Positions 1 through 15,178 of a DNA stretch of 64,000 nt are shown in pieces. A model generated the notes under the pieces. It made no database searches. It was not told the DNA's origin and saw only the letters and a program-made list of their open reading frames with translations. Numbering within the stretch: position 1 is the first letter of the stretch; each line of letters opens with the position of its first letter. Source of the DNA: Eledone cirrhosa (lineage: Eukaryota); contig OZ024742.1 of NCBI GenBank assembly GCA_964016885.1, positions 141,608,001 to 141,672,000 of the forward strand. Direction: 5' to 3'. The position numbers were made by a program, and so were the translations under genes.

Positions 1-7
1 AAAATCT

Positions 8-50
<43 letters not shown>

Positions 51-379
51 TATGATTTTGTGGTTTCATTACGCTGTCGACATGAAGTTTATAATCTGTG
101 CCTCTGCTTAATATTGGTTTATGTTGTTCAAGTAAATAAACACGAAACAAATAAACATACATACATAAAATATATACACAAACAAAAATACAGGTTCCTT
201 GCGTGTAAAAATAAAATAAATAAGGAAGTGAACAAAACAACAATACTAAATATCTGATCTTTTTTTAACTGCATCCACCACAATTTAAGGTAAGTTATGA
301 TTGTTCTCTTTCATTTTATTGATAAGTTCTATCATATCAACTACATTTCTTTCATCAATTATAATTACTGTATATAATT

Positions 380-595
380 CTTTCTAATATTGGCACAAGG
401 CCAGCAATTTGGGGGCAGGGGAAAAGTCGACTATATCGACATCACTACTTAAATGGCACTTTATTTTATCGATGCTGGAAGAATGAAAGTCAAAGTTGAC
501 CTCGGCGAAATTTGAGCTCAAAACGTAAAAAAGTTGTAACTGAATACTGTAAAGCATTTTGTCCGAAACGCTACCAATACTGTCAAACCACCGTT
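380..595 (-). mobile_element. tRNA-derived SINE, family A (diverged copy)
   Basis: Reverse complement of the family-A pattern seen at 23835-24025: tggcag..tggtag head, B-box-like ..tcaaat.., ctttcat..gtcgataaaataaag core, tgctggccttgtgcc tail. Confidence 0.75.
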
Positions 596-968
596 CTAAT
601 CAGTGTACATAGCTACAAACATAGGCACAGGCATAGCTGTATGGTTAATAAGAAGTTCACTTCGCAACCACGTGGTTTCAAGTTCAGTCCATCTGCTGCG
701 TGCAACCATGGGCAAGTTTCTCCTAGTATAGGCCATGGGTTGACCAATGCCATGTGAGTGAAATTTGGTAGGCGGACACCGTACAGAAACCTTGTTGTAT
801 TCACACACACACACATATAGAATGGGCCATATTTAGCGTACTGTTAAGAAATGTGAATATAAATGGCACAATAGTGATATTAAACTTTATTTCCAAAGTA
901 ATACATAGGCAATTCATGTAAATTTAGGTAGTTACATTCATGTGTAATAATTATATAGATATCAGCAG

Positions 969-1139
<171 letters not shown>

Positions 1140-1615
1140 TTATGTATGCATATATGTATACATATGCGTGTATATATATATATATATATATATATATGCA
1201 TATAAATGTGTGTGTATATATATATATATATGTGTGTATGTGTATGTGTGTGCATATATATCTATATTTATATATATATATATATGTATATGTGTATATA
1301 TATATGTGTATATATGTATGTATATGTGTGTGTATGTGTATATATATATATACCAAAGGTATATATTGAGTTAGAAACTCAAAATAGTCTCTTACAATTA
1401 AATAGCTCAAAGAAAGATGTTTTTCTGAGCCGTGTAATATAATTGAATATAAAAGATAGATAAACACAGATATAAACATATATGTGTTCAAATCGTAAGG
1501 GACTATATTTGCTAGGGTGAAAAAATACTAACTATTAAGAATATGGTTTGCCAGACTTAATTTAAAACAATAAATCAAAAAAAGAAATACAAACCTATAT
1601 TGGGCAATTGCCCAA

Positions 1616-1690
1616 CACCCAGACAGATTTGGTGGGCTGTTTCGCAATTTTAGCAAAGGGAATTAGCAATTCGTTGCTCATCAGTGGATG
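1616..1690 (-). ncRNA. Type I hammerhead ribozyme
   Basis: Minus strand reads catcca-CTGATGA-gcaa..ttgc-GAAA-cag(cccaccaaat)ctg-TC-tgggtg. Full core; stem I catcca/tgggtg, stem II gcaa/ttgc and stem III cag/ctg all pair. Confidence 0.8.
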
Positions 1691-1831
1691 TAAAATTTGT
1701 AAACCCGTCACTTCTAAGTATCTCAGAAGACTGAATAGTGGCCGAATACAAAATAACGCACATGGCATCAGAACCTAGCGTGTCTCATAAACGTACGCTA
1801 CTAAAAATAGCAGCCAAGTTTACAGAATGAA

Positions 1832-1898
<67 letters not shown>

Positions 1899-1899
<1 letters not shown>

Positions 1900-2088
1900 A
1901 CGAAGGAAATGTGGTAAGGAACCAGGTGGACCATAACGCACCAAAGTACTCAATACTTAGGGTAGTAGAGTGGGTAATAGGAACGAGTAGGACCCCGACG
2001 GCTGAGCTCAAGCCGTTTCGACGGCTAATTCAGTCCAGAATTAGCCGTCGAAACGGCTTGAGCTCAGCCGTCGGGGTCCTACTCATTC
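1899..2088. mobile_element. (TA)n-embedded fold-back mini-element, family P1
   Basis: Arms 1981-2031 and 2038-2088 are near-perfect inverted repeats, with (TA)n on both sides. The same family occurs at 27411-27486, 39076-39100, 40843-41049 and 63955-64000. Confidence 0.8.
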
Positions 2089-2344
2089 ATATATATATAT
2101 ATATAGATATATATATATATATTATATGAATATATGTATGAATATTATATAAGAAATGAAATGAATTAGCATTAGTTTCAGCTGATCATCTGTGTTTCGG
2201 TTAAGTAAAATTTTAATGTAGTTATGAAAAGTTCAAATATTACTGTTGTTTAAGTTAGTTCTAATTAAACAACAGGCCAGACATGTGATCAAATGTATTC
2301 CAGATATTACCCTTTCGACTTCTTAAGGGCACGGTAGTCTAAAT

Positions 2345-2533
2345 CAAGCATGTCAAACATGCGGCTCTTTACAAGCACATCTGCAGTCCGCCGCAAAGGT
2401 TTTTTACACCACGAGCATATTTTATCTTCGTAAAATTTGTTGTAACATGCGCAATTAGTTGTCGTGTGTGACCCTCAGACAACACATATGTCACCCATGT
2501 GGCCCTCGCCGGACCCTCAGTTTGACATGCCTG
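2345..2533. mobile_element. hAT (Charlie-like) MITE
   Basis: TIRs caagcatgtcaaac / gtttgacatgcctg. Exact 8-bp TSD gtctaaat at 2337-2344 and 2534-2541, fitting the nTCTARAn target of Charlie-type hATs. Confidence 0.88.
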
Positions 2534-3028
2534 GTCTAAATTACCTGGTGTGTCATTTTATTTCATATGACGATAGGTTTTGATTTGAGAGAGATTTGAG
2601 AGAGATTGGTTATTTTTAGCATGTCAAGTGACCAACAAGAGTCTCTCTATTTGGATAGAGAGTTAATAGAAAAGTAAAATATGTTGTTAGCGTTGCTGTA
2701 AGAAATCAGTTCCCGGTGGTGGTGGTTTGGGGTGATTGTAGTGGTGGTGGTGGTGGTTTGGGGTGATTGTAATGGTGGTGGTGGTGGTATGACGATGTCA
2801 GTAATGCAGGTATTAATAGTGACAATGTTATGCTGGTGATGGTGATTACCGTGGTAGTGGTGATGGTTGAAGGGGTAGACATAGTTGTGGTGATGAGGGT
2901 TGATGATAATTTGGTGGTGGCTATGATTGTCGTGGTGTGGTGGATATGGTTGCAGTGGTGTTGATGCTTGTGATATGTGTGGTACAGGTAGTGGTGAGAT
3001 AGTGACGGTGGTAGTAATGCTGCTGCTG

Positions 3029-3200
3029 ATAATTGTTTCTATTTTAGGCACAAGGGGCCGGCAATTACCCCAGTACATTACTGGTACTTTATTTTATCAA
3101 CCCCCCGTAAGGATGAAAGGCAAAGTTAACCTCGGCGGGATTTGAACTCAGATCGTAAAGGGACGTAACTATGCTGGAAAGCATGTCCGACGCTCGACAC
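3029..3200 (-). mobile_element. tRNA-derived SINE, family A
   Basis: Matches 32138-32318 and 57972-58160: aattgtttcta..ggcacaagg..tactggtactttattttatc..aggatgaaaggcaaagttaacctcggcgggatttgaactcag. Confidence 0.85.
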
Positions 3201-3524
3201 TCATAATGGGGATGATGGTGATGCTCATTTTGGTAGGGGTCCTAGTGGGGGGTGGGGGTAGTGTTGAGATAGTTTTGGGGGTTGGTGGTGATTAGATTGG
3301 GACAGAGAAGTTGTGACTATGTCGGCGATATGGTTGATGTCGTTAATGACATAGCGAAAAGTGAAGTGGCGTATTATTTATATTTCATCATATGGATTGT
3401 TGTGAAAATAGAAAGTGGATAGGATTTGGTCTTATGTGCACACACATGTATGTATGCAATGTCACTGTTGTAATTATATATATATATATATATATACATA
3501 CATACATATATATGTGTGTGTGTG

Positions 3525-3578
<54 letters not shown>

Positions 3579-3591
3579 CATACATACATAC

Positions 3592-3623
<32 letters not shown>

Positions 3624-3626
3624 ATG

Positions 3627-3662
<36 letters not shown>

Positions 3663-3717
3663 CGTATATGTGTATATATATATACATATATATACATATA
3701 TGTGTATATATATACAG

Positions 3718-3756
<39 letters not shown>

Positions 3757-3757
3757 C

Positions 3758-3816
<59 letters not shown>

Positions 3817-4382
3817 CATACACACACACACACATATATATATATACATATGTATGTATATATATATACATATATATTATATATATATATATTATATATA
3901 TATATGTATGTATGTATACACATATATATATACATACAAACACACACATATATATACAAAAGATATCAAAGAAAAATAAACTGGTACGTTACACTGCAAT
4001 AAAAATAATATTGATTTAGCGCTTCTTATAGTAGAAAAAGAACCTTAACGTTTCGGACGTCAGTCTTTTATTAAAAGATAGAATAAGAGAAGAAGGAGAA
4101 AGAGAAAGATATACGAGATTAAGAAGAGGAAAAACGACTTTTTACGGGAAAACACGCGTGTCTTGTCAGCCATTTTTGGGAAGACACACACACATATACA
4201 TAGATATATAAATGTACATATATGCATACATATATATATATATATGCATTTATGTATATATATATATGCATATATGTACATTTATATATATGCATATTTA
4301 TATATGCATATATATATGCATATTTATATATATGCATACACACATATATATATATGCATATATATATGCATATATATATATA

Positions 4383-4427
<45 letters not shown>

Positions 4428-4534
4428 GTCGAAACGACAAGAGCTCTTCTAATATAGTCACACTCTACTATCCCAAATATCGAGTACGCTGTTGAACAAT
4501 AATGGTCTAACTATTTTAATACGTGTTTAATCCT

Positions 4535-4595
<61 letters not shown>

Positions 4596-4598
<3 letters not shown>

Positions 4599-5108
4599 AA
4601 ATCATGTTGCTGTTCTGGTTAACAGTGCCACTCATCTATAGATTTGTGACTCTTTGCTTCTAACTGGTCGAGTCTGCACACGTTTACACTCCTCCATTAC
4701 CGTGAGACCCGTGGAGGAATATCAGCACATAAGGCTGGCAATGGTACGTGCTTGTGCTACACACATAGCACCCACTCCATCCTCGCAGCTATGTGTCCAG
4801 TGACAAGCCATGGCAAGGTAACCGGACAGGTACGAGGATCTCGTATGCTATTGCCATGATGTTTAGTCTCTGCAGGGATGTTGCCGTACTCACCACGCAT
4901 GGCCAATTGCAGGTTATTTGACCGATAGTTGCGGTGGATGGCCGTTGACTCTGAGTAGTTCATCTATCCTTTGACAGCTCTTGCTTTTTGTGCTTCTGGG
5001 TTTCTAGTTACCCTCCTGGGGGAGCCGGTCTCGCCACCGACTACGCAACCCTGAAGCAGGTTGTACTGTGCGACATGGTATCAGTAGCAGGCAGAAATCT
5101 GAGCTGAC
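4596..5108 (-). mobile_element. Non-coding element related to the 5' half of the 590-bp RTE-derived repeat
   Basis: Minus strand shares the blocks tgctactg..cagtacaacctg and ctgtcaaagg..gagtcaa.ggccatcc with 34859-35452. Bounded by (TA)n. Confidence 0.55.
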
Positions 5109-5119
5109 TATATATATAT

Positions 5120-5430
5120 CTTCTTCTTCGTCCACTTATTACTGAGAGGGTCGTGGAGGTAAAGTCCTCAAACACTACATCCAGCGCGTCTTGTCAGAAG
5201 CAACCGTCTCCAACTGATCCGGCTGGATCCACAAGCGTGACCAGCCAAGCTTATGGATATTATCCAACTATCTTGCTCGGGGTCTACCCCTGGTTCTCTT
5301 AGTTTTTCCCGTAAAATGTGTCCAGCAATTCTTTCCTGAGACATTATAAACATATGGCCATAGTATCGGGCTGTGATCTCTCACATTGGAGAAGTAGCGG
5401 CTCTACCTGGAGAGACTCTCTGATCTTCAA
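5120..5430 (-). pseudogene. Decayed 3' end of an RTE-like LINE
   Basis: Translation AGHILR...SRISWRRL resembles RTE C-termini. Ends in a short (GAA)n tail against (TA)n. Confidence 0.45.
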
Positions 5431-5486
<56 letters not shown>

Positions 5487-5686
5487 ACTGACGGTTTGAA
5501 CTTTACAACACCACCTGCCTCTTTGAGGTCAAATACCAACCCTACTAGCATCTACAAACTGACCAATGAGAATTAAGACTATTCCTGCTGACAACATTAA
5601 ATTATTCCTAACAAGCTCATATGTCCCAAGGCTCTGATACCATCAACACTATAAACACAGAGCTGGCATATCTAAGAACTGACTAA

Positions 5687-5740
5687 CTGCCTGATGAAGT
5701 CATAGCCATTGAATGGCTATCATCGAAATATATATAGCAG
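5687..5740 (+). ncRNA. Type I hammerhead ribozyme (minimal, PLE-type)
   Basis: ctgc-CTGATGA-agtc-atagccatt(g)aatggctat-catc-GAAA-tatata-TA-gcag. Palindromic stem III. Lies in a ~300-bp insert between two (TA)n tracts, followed by AATAAA. Same family as 24568-24622. Confidence 0.7.
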
Positions 5741-5810
5741 GCAGTAAATAAAGGATTATGAGTTCATGCAAGTGACTTATATTTCGTCACTATATATATA
5801 TATATATTTA

Positions 5811-8313
5811 CTAGCAGAAGTACCCGGCGTTGCCCGGGTGTAAGTCGACCTTTGGTCTGTTAGAATGTGTGAAAATTACTTCCCGCGCATCATAGGTTCA
5901 AAACTTCGAACTTCAATGGAAAAAAATAGGTTAGTAGACACAGGTGTGTAATTTATTAATTGTAGTTACACAGTGTATCGTTGAAATTGTTCTCTGCACC
6001 ACTGACGGAAGTCAAAATCGCTTGATATTGAATGTTCAGTTAATTTAAAGCAGGGTGAAAATGTCGATTACTTTCAGGGTTTTTTTTTTTTTAGAATTTT
6101 TGCGCTCACATGTGCAGAAGAAGAATTAAAAGGGCCTTTATCTTAACTGCGGCATAATGGCGAGTCTTTTGTGACAGTTTTCAAGAATATAGGACATTCC
6201 TGTAAAAAGTTTTCCCATGTGTAACTTTGCCTTGTTTTTTTGCGCAAAGTCGAGCCCCGCTTCAGTTTTATTGATTTTTTACATCAATGCGTGATCTCTG
6301 AAGTAGATTTGAGTAGTTAAAAACCTGTCCCGGTAAATTTGCTATAGGTGAAAAAAGTTGATCAAAATTGTATCTAGGGTTATTGCCCTTTGCCACAGCC
6401 TCAAGCCTCGTCTGACGGGATGTTGGTGATTCCTCCGTCAGCGCTTGTTGGCGACGAAGGCGAATATCAGCAAGCCTTGTCGTACGGGATGTTGGTGACT
6501 CAACCAGCCGGGAAAGACGTCTATCAGCGAGTCGAGACTCGCGCTCAGCAGGTGTTTCCTAGAGAAAATTAATTAATTCTACTGGTTAGCTAAGCCAATG
6601 GCAGTGTCAATAGTAAATGAGAAAAGTGTAACATGAACAAAATGGAATCAAGATAAGACAATAAATTTAATATAACTACGATTAGAATGTTGTAGTTGCT
6701 TAAAAGTGGTGACAGTTAGGATAAACGCAGTACTTGCTAACATTAAGGGAGAATATTGCATAAAGGATTAATCAATTGTGAATGAACTCATACCTGAGAA
6801 CGCCTAATTCGTTGTCTCAAAGCAATAGCTGTACCTTTTTTAGAGGTAAGTCTTGAACGTTTCCGTGTGGGCATAACGACGTGTAACGAAGCTGTTAGGT
6901 TAGAGAGAGGTGATTAAATACAGAGAGAGATGACACCAGATTCGTTAGCATGGTTACTGGTGAATGGGAAGGTTTGGAAATATGATTACAATAACTTACC
7001 GAATTTTCCCGTCTATAAATTGCACTTAAAATAATTAAATTTAATCAAAAAACAGCTCTGCGCTTTATACTCCGGTGAGCCTTATGTATAAATAATACAA
7101 TGGTAATCAATCACGGCTCTAACAGAAGTAATAGATCTAGACTAAAAGTAAAGAAGATAGCATTTTCTGGTTGGCCTTACACGCCGTTGCGCGGACCTGA
7201 TTTTAAATGATACGCCTTATATTCTGGTGAGCCTTATAGAGCGGAAAATATCTATTGGAAAAGAATACGAATTCATGACCAAGGTGTGACAAAATAGGCG
7301 TCTATACAGCGCCTGAAACAAACTTGTCCAAAACCCTAGGATTTTTCTCGTTAAGTATCCACCCAAAAGGAACCGTTTTTTAGTTACAAAAAATAACCAA
7401 AGTGTATATTTCTGACATATGCCAAAAAGAACAATATATTCAAAAAATGTTCTAAAGAACATTCAATCTCTCTTTTTGACCGATATCTTAATAAGCAAGT
7501 TATCGATTTTTTATTGGCTGTCAGTGTCTATCTGCATGCAGGTGTGCACGTGTGCGCAATTAATTGCAAATACGCTCATAACATTTAGTCGTAAGCAGAA
7601 CAAAAAATGCCATTAGAGGTGGGCTAATAATGAAGACACAAACCCTGGTGAACTTACGTTTAAACACCCGAAAAGTTACTCACTTCCTGTGCAAAAGACT
7701 GTATTATAAATTAAGTAATTTTTTAGAATCTTTTGTTTAAAAAAGGAAAACATTGGTACGACGTAAATTTTTTTACTTGTATTGTATGTGTACAACACAA
7801 CTTGGTCAAAGTATTATTTAGTAATTTTTTTTTCAAAAAGCATGATTATTTAAGACTGTTTGAAAATTTACTCACAGCTTTTAGGTTCACAAAAGACACC
7901 ATTAAATTTGGTTCCCTTTTCAGATAGGGATAATACTGTATTTCCACTTGAATAAGGTGGAATATGAAAAGAAACTCTTTAATGGTCGGTCGTTTACTGA
8001 GACAGCTGGGAAGACATGCAGCTGGCCGTCCAATCAATAACGCACGTCCTTATATGGGCATATGAAATTTATTTTTATTGCGCCAGATGTAAACTAAGAG
8101 TTCTTGTGTTCGAATTCAAATAAAATTTTATTGGAATCGAAAAACATTCTGTCATAGGGCCCAATTATCGATTTTTCGAAAATTTCAAGTAGCCTATTCC
8201 ACTCTATGCGTTGAGTTTTATATATATGTGAGGTTTCATTAAAATTGGATGAACGGTGTAGCAGGCAAGTTCGGTACACTAAACAATGTCCATCTTCCTT
8301 TTATATATATAGA
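5811..8313 (-). mobile_element. Non-autonomous Helitron (~2.5 kb)
   Basis: Minus-strand 5' end TCTATATATATAAAAGG (8313). 3' end has the hairpin cccgggcaacgccggg followed by ..ctgCTAG (5811). Inserted between A and T with no TSD. Confidence 0.8.
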
Positions 8314-8574
8314 TATTCCTTTAGGTTTGTTGGTTCACCACTGGATAGAACTGGTCATTCCGTATGGTCAATCCTGGTGTAATTTTGTGAAGAGTACTCA
8401 ACGCAGTGCAGTTCACCCATCTTCGTTTGTATAGTGGGTGGTGCGAATACGGAGTTAATTATAAATAAAATAAAATAACAGGAAGCTGGACTGGTGTAAA
8501 TCCTTGAAAGGTTTATTATACTATGATCATTTCAATGACAGGGTTCCATATGAATCCGGTGATATCATCATCAT

Positions 8575-8757
<183 letters not shown>

Positions 8758-8839
8758 CACACATAATATGTTTGTATGTCGGAAAAACAGTTAAACAAAA
8801 CACGAATACACAGTGCGCTTAAATGAAATATATGAATAG

Positions 8840-8874
8840 CTTCTACGTTTCGGACGTTAGTCTTCCATCAGAAG
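8840..8874 (-). ncRNA. Degenerate minimal hammerhead ribozyme
   Basis: Minus strand ctt-CTGATGG-aagac(taac)gtcc-GAAA-cg-TA-gaag, with one core substitution. A more decayed paralogue is at 4043-4077. Confidence 0.5.
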
Positions 8875-9415
8875 GAAATGAATAAAGAGCGAGAAGGAGA
8901 AAGAAGTTAAAAGAAAAATACAATCTCCAGAATAGATCCAATTGCGGACTTATCCATTCAGATGTTTAGAGGTTATGTTCATTATATTGTGAAGTCGGAG
9001 TAGTGAATATTTTGGGAAACATATTAAATAATGTAAGATATTGTTATGGCTCATACCTTCAAGGAGGTTTCTTGAATGACTAAATTATAGGAGTACCAGG
9101 CTTATCGTGTCACCATTTTTCCTGTTACGAGGAGCGGGACATGAATTCAGAACGTACGGAGCTGGAACAATTATCGTAAAGTATCCCGTGCAACGCTTTA
9201 ACAATTTTACTAGCTTACCACTCTTGACGTGGAGTTAATCTATTAACTCCAAAAGATCGCTTCGGCCGGATTTGAACTAAGCGCGCACAAAGCAGGAACA
9301 AATACCACAATACATTTTACATTCATCGCTCTAACAAATTTTCCATTTCATCGCCTTACATAATATAATTTACTCAGCTTTTTATTGAGTTTTCTCTTTT
9401 TCTCTCGAGTTATTA

Positions 9416-9501
<86 letters not shown>

Positions 9502-9527
9502 ACATATATATATATTATACATATACG

Positions 9528-9560
<33 letters not shown>

Positions 9561-9670
9561 TATACATATACGCACACATACACACATATATATATATATA
9601 CATACACGCACACACACATACACACACATATTCTCTATTTCTCTCCAGTTATTAATACACACACACACAT

Positions 9671-9711
<41 letters not shown>

Positions 9712-9997
9712 CACACATACACACATATATATACGGTTACAAAATATTTTTTAACATTAAATTTCATTTATAAAAAGAAAACGATTATGTGTCATTTTTT
9801 TTGTTTTTGTTTACTTATTATGAGTAACATTTTGAAGTATCTGATTAAATTTGGTTTTTATTATATGTATTTAGGTATACAGTCAGTACTCTGAAAATTA
9901 TACATTGAAAAATTTCAAAGTGAATTTCTAGAAAATGTTCAACTTAGACTAATTTTTGTGGTTACAATTTGACGTAGTCCACTCATAAACTGTGTGT

Positions 9998-10305
9998 GAA
10001 GGCTCATGGCTTTGTGGTTAGGACATTCGGATCACAATCATACGATTGTGAGTTCGATTCCCACGTTGTGTCCTTGAGCAAGACATTTTAATTCACGTTG
10101 CTCCATTCTAATCAGCAGGCAAAAATGAGTAATTTGATGAGCCAGCCTTATCACATTCTGTGTCACGTTGAAACTCACAGAGAGCTACGTTAAGGGTACG
10201 AGTGTCTGTGGAATGCTCAGCCACTTGCACGTTAATTTTGAGAGCAGGCTGTTCCGTTGATCGCATCATCTGGAATATGCATCTTCGCAACCGACGGAAT
10301 GTACT
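9998..10305 (+). mobile_element. tRNA-derived SINE, family B
   Basis: A box tggctttgtggtta, B box gttcgattcc, then a gtgtccttgagcaagac block. Related decayed copies at about 620-790, 36775-36915, 39308-39640 (-), 57370-57710 (-), 60520-60760 and 61680-61850. Confidence 0.75.
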
Positions 10306-10373
10306 CATAAATTGTATATATGTATGCATACATCTGTATATGAGTATGTGTTTTTACATAGTATATATATATG

Positions 10374-10473
10374 ATGAATTACGCTATGTTAGTGCTACTG
10401 CTAATGTGTGTGTGTGTGTGTGTGTTTGTGCCTGCGTGTTAATTAGCAGTAGCACTAACATAGCGTAATTCAT
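10374..10473. repeat. 32-bp perfect inverted repeat enclosing (TG)n
   Basis: atgaattacgctatgttagtgctactgctaat ... attagcagtagcactaacatagcgtaattcat. Confidence 0.85.
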
Positions 10474-10826
10474 AATAGAGGTGTATATGAAGATATGTTT
10501 ATTATATATATATATATGTCTCGCTATGACCATTTTAAGATATGATAAAATCATGTAAACATTCTAGTTTAAGTTTCAAATAAAATCAAGCGGGGTTACG
10601 TAATAAAAAATTGATGGAATAACATCTGTCTGTCTCAGGCAGAGGGATGGATGGATCGATGGATGGATGGACAGGTGGATGAACGTGAGGACAGGCAGTC
10701 AGAGAGTCAGGCATGAAGCAGCTTCGTTCCATGATATATGCAGTCGTTCATGGTCAAAAGATGTCTGAAGAATGTTATTCCATCAATTCTTTATTACATA
10801 ACCCCGCTTGATTTTATTTATCCAAG

Positions 10827-13298
10827 CAGATGTACACGGCCTTCCAGCAGTATTTTGCACAACTGTTCAGGCAAAGCGGTACATCGAGCGAGGTGATGGA
10901 CTTCAGCTCCTACCTCGATGGCGTACCGCGACTCTCGAGCACGGATGCGGAGAGCTGCGAAAGGCCGATCACAGCGGGAGAAATAGAAGATGCCCTAGGC
11001 CGCTGCGGGAAACGCAAATCACCCGGTTTAGATGGTCTACTCTATGAGTTTTACATAGGCATGCCAGACTTGTTCTCTGGCGTCCTCGAAGCGGTCTATT
11101 TCAACTGGCAGAAGAACGGGAGGATTACCAGTTCTGTAGGCAGAGGCGTAGTAACGCTGATCAGGAAAGATGAGAGCAATTTCAGGCCCATAACTCTGCT
11201 CAACACAGAGTTAAAGGTTTTGGCTAAGGTGTTAGCAGCAAGGCTGGCGCTTGTCGTCGAGAACCTGGAAGGGGAAGCCCAAACGTGTGCAATCCCGACC
11301 AGGTCCATACACGACAACCTCCACCTCATGCGATACATCATAGAGAGGGTAGGGTGTAAACCTGGCTTTGGTGGGGCTCTGATTAATTTAGATCAGTCTA
11401 AGGCATTTGATAGGGTCGACCATCAATACTTGGAAGCAGTTCTCAAGGCGACCGGCTTCGGTCCCGTCTTCAGAGGCTGGATCGCTGCCATGCACACCAG
11501 CATCTGCTCGGCAGTCAAGGTGAATGGCTACCTATCAGAGCCATTTCAAATCATGCGTTCCATCCGTCAGGGATGCCCTCTCTCCTCCATTCTGTATGTG
11601 CTGTATGAGCCGTTACTGCGGAAATTGGAGCTGTTGCAAGGCAGGACTGCGGAAAGCAGCGTCAGCCTATGCCAACGACATAACCGTAATGGTGTCGAAA
11701 ACCTCGGAAATCAGGGTAATCGGCAACCTATTACAGGAATACGAAACGTTGACAGGAGCAAGACTAAACCCAAACAAGTCTGTCAGTTTGCAACTCGGCA
11801 CATAGAGAGGCAAACCCATGCCTTCCGACAGTGTCGGTGGACGCTGGACGGAAGGACAGGTGAAATTGCTCGGGGTCTGGTTCGGTCCAGACCTCTAGGT
11901 GGACAAGAACTGGAACGAGGTCACGGCGAAGGTGTTTGCACTCACCCAGAAGTGGGCTGAGTGCAAACTCTCCTTGAAAGGTCGAGCGGAGGTGGCGAAC
12001 ACTTACATAGTGTCTGTCATCTACTACCGCTTGAGAGTCGTGCCTTGCCTCCGCGAATACCTTACCAAAATGGAACGCCTACTCTTCAAGTTCCTCTGGA
12101 AGAAACAGGCTCTATTGGTGAGGAGGTCCATCTGCTGTCAACACCATTCTAACAGAGGACTGGGCATGCCGTGGCTGATGATGCTCAAACATGCGCTGAA
12201 GCTACGCCATCTCCAGGTATTCCTGACCGGTGAACCGGTGTGGCTGTCGTTTGTGAGACAAGCTCTTCCACAACTCGTCTCACTAACAGAGCTGCAGTCC
12301 TGAGTCAAGCGAAGACCGAAAATGGGCGCCTGGCACCTCGAGTGCCTACAGGCGCTCACAGCCCTCTACCAAGCGGAAACGGCAATCAGCAGAGACTCTA
12401 CTTCGACATTCTATAGGGGATTAGTGGAGGATAAGTGCGACGACGTTCTCGGGGAAACTCTAGGGACCGAGGAGGACGAACTGACCAGTCTGTTAGGAAG
12501 GACTTTCCGTCCAGGGCCTATAGATAACTTCCAAAGGTCTCTGGCCTGGCAGTGCTACCGAGGAGCTCTACCAGTTCGAGACAAAATCTACAGGCACGGA
12601 CGCCCTGGCAGAGATCCTGCCAAAAGGACTTGTCCAGGATGCTAGCAGGACATCGAAACCGTTCTGCACGCAATTGTTCAGTGTCCAGGGGTGACCGACC
12701 TGTGGAATTATGTCGAACAGCTGCTGTCACGTGTGGGATGGATCCAGTTGTCAGCCGAGTCCATCGTGAGGATCACCCCGCCGCCTTCATTTAAGAACGA
12801 AGGAGAAGCGGTTTTCCTCTGTCTGGTGGCTATGGCGAAAGAGGTAATATGGTGGACGAGGTTAAAAGGACTGAGGGCAAACACCTTTCTCTCCGGACAA
12901 CAACTTATCCCCTTCTTTAAGTATCACTTCAGAAGGAAGGTGAAAGTGGAGAGAGAGGTGCTACACCCCAGTAAATTCGCTGAAAGGTGGGTGAATGTGG
13001 CAAAAATGGCCCGAGTGAATGGGCCTTCTCTGTATATAAACCTGTAGGTTGAGGAAGATAAACAGAGGGAAGACAGGAACACCTACAAAACGTGTTCCTG
13101 GTGTTGAGGGTTGTTCTATCCACGGGGTGTAAAACAACCCTGCAGTAACGTTCCCCCCTACTGGGGATTTCAATTGTTATTTTATTATATATAGTTTATT
13201 GTTATTTATTAATGTTAAAGTTATTTTTATGTAAAACCCCCGCCGTCACGTCTTGTAATGTCCCCTTTTTGTACGCCCCTGTGGCAAATAAAGAAAAA
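10827..13298 (+). mobile_element. Tx1/L1-clade LINE, 5'-truncated, ORF2 disrupted
   Basis: RT motifs KSPGLDGL, NFRPITLLN, DQSKAFDRVDH, RQGCPLS and AYAND, and a C-terminal CPGC..ETVLH..C zinc motif, spread over frames with stops and frameshifts. 3' UTR ends AATAAAGAAAAA followed by (TATC)n. Confidence 0.9.
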
Positions 13299-13369
<71 letters not shown>

Positions 13370-13446
13370 ATGTCTGACTGTCTGCCTGCGAATCAATCAA
13401 TCAAAAAGTACACATTGTATACAGCAGTGTATATTTTTTTAAAACT

Positions 13447-13500
13447 TGTGTCGCTGCTCTGAAGAAACGAAAATTCTTAGAAATTCTAGATAGCGTCACA
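13447..13500 (+). ncRNA. Probable hammerhead ribozyme (degenerate)
   Basis: tgtgtcgctgct-CTGAAGA-aacgaa(aa)ttctta-GAAA-ttc-TA-gatagcgtcaca. Extended imperfect stem I; about 25 nt upstream of (TA)n. Confidence 0.5.
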
Positions 13501-13720
13501 AATGGTATAAACCGAATTGATTATGGATATATATATATACATATCCAGAATCAATTCGGCTTATGCCATTTGTGTCGCTATCGAAAACCTGGTTCGTAGA
13601 ATCAAGACGTATCTGGTCGCCAGAGAAACGATTGTAATATGTCCAATAAATTCCATTCGTCGCAACACTGATTCTCTTTTTTTCTGTGATATATATATAT
13701 ATATGTAAATATACACATAT

Positions 13721-13827
<107 letters not shown>

Positions 13828-13828
13828 A

Positions 13829-13965
<137 letters not shown>

Positions 13966-14002
13966 AGTGTAATTTACTACACAAAACGAAGGTTATAGAG
14001 AA

Positions 14003-14678
<676 letters not shown>

Positions 14679-15178
14679 AGAGAAAAGTGGGAATGAGATC
14701 GATGGAGCTGAAATTTTAGAGAATTGCGAAAGATAAAAAATAATGGACAAAGGATGAAGAATGTAAACTAACGAGAAATATAGAACTATTGCATCATTAT
14801 GACTTCTACAGCTTCCTTCTAGAACACATGGTTTCACACGGTAAAGGAAATACCATGTATATAAGGCTAATCCACACAACAGAACATACATTTTTGTTGG
14901 TCTGACGCTGTAATAGGGGAAAAAAGAGCAGTGGGGGTACGTCTATATCGATGCGTGATCGACAGGAAAAGAAGTTGTCTGTTAATCTGACGGGAACAGT
15001 AGCAGCAGTAGGCGAGAAGACAGTAGAAGTATCAGCAGCAGCGGTGGTAATAACATGGGATAGGGGCTATAGAGGGAGAGATAGATAAATGAAAATATAA
15101 AGAGTTATATATATATATATTTATATCTAACTCTTTATATCTTATATAATCTATATCCAGTTTATATTTTTGGTTATG

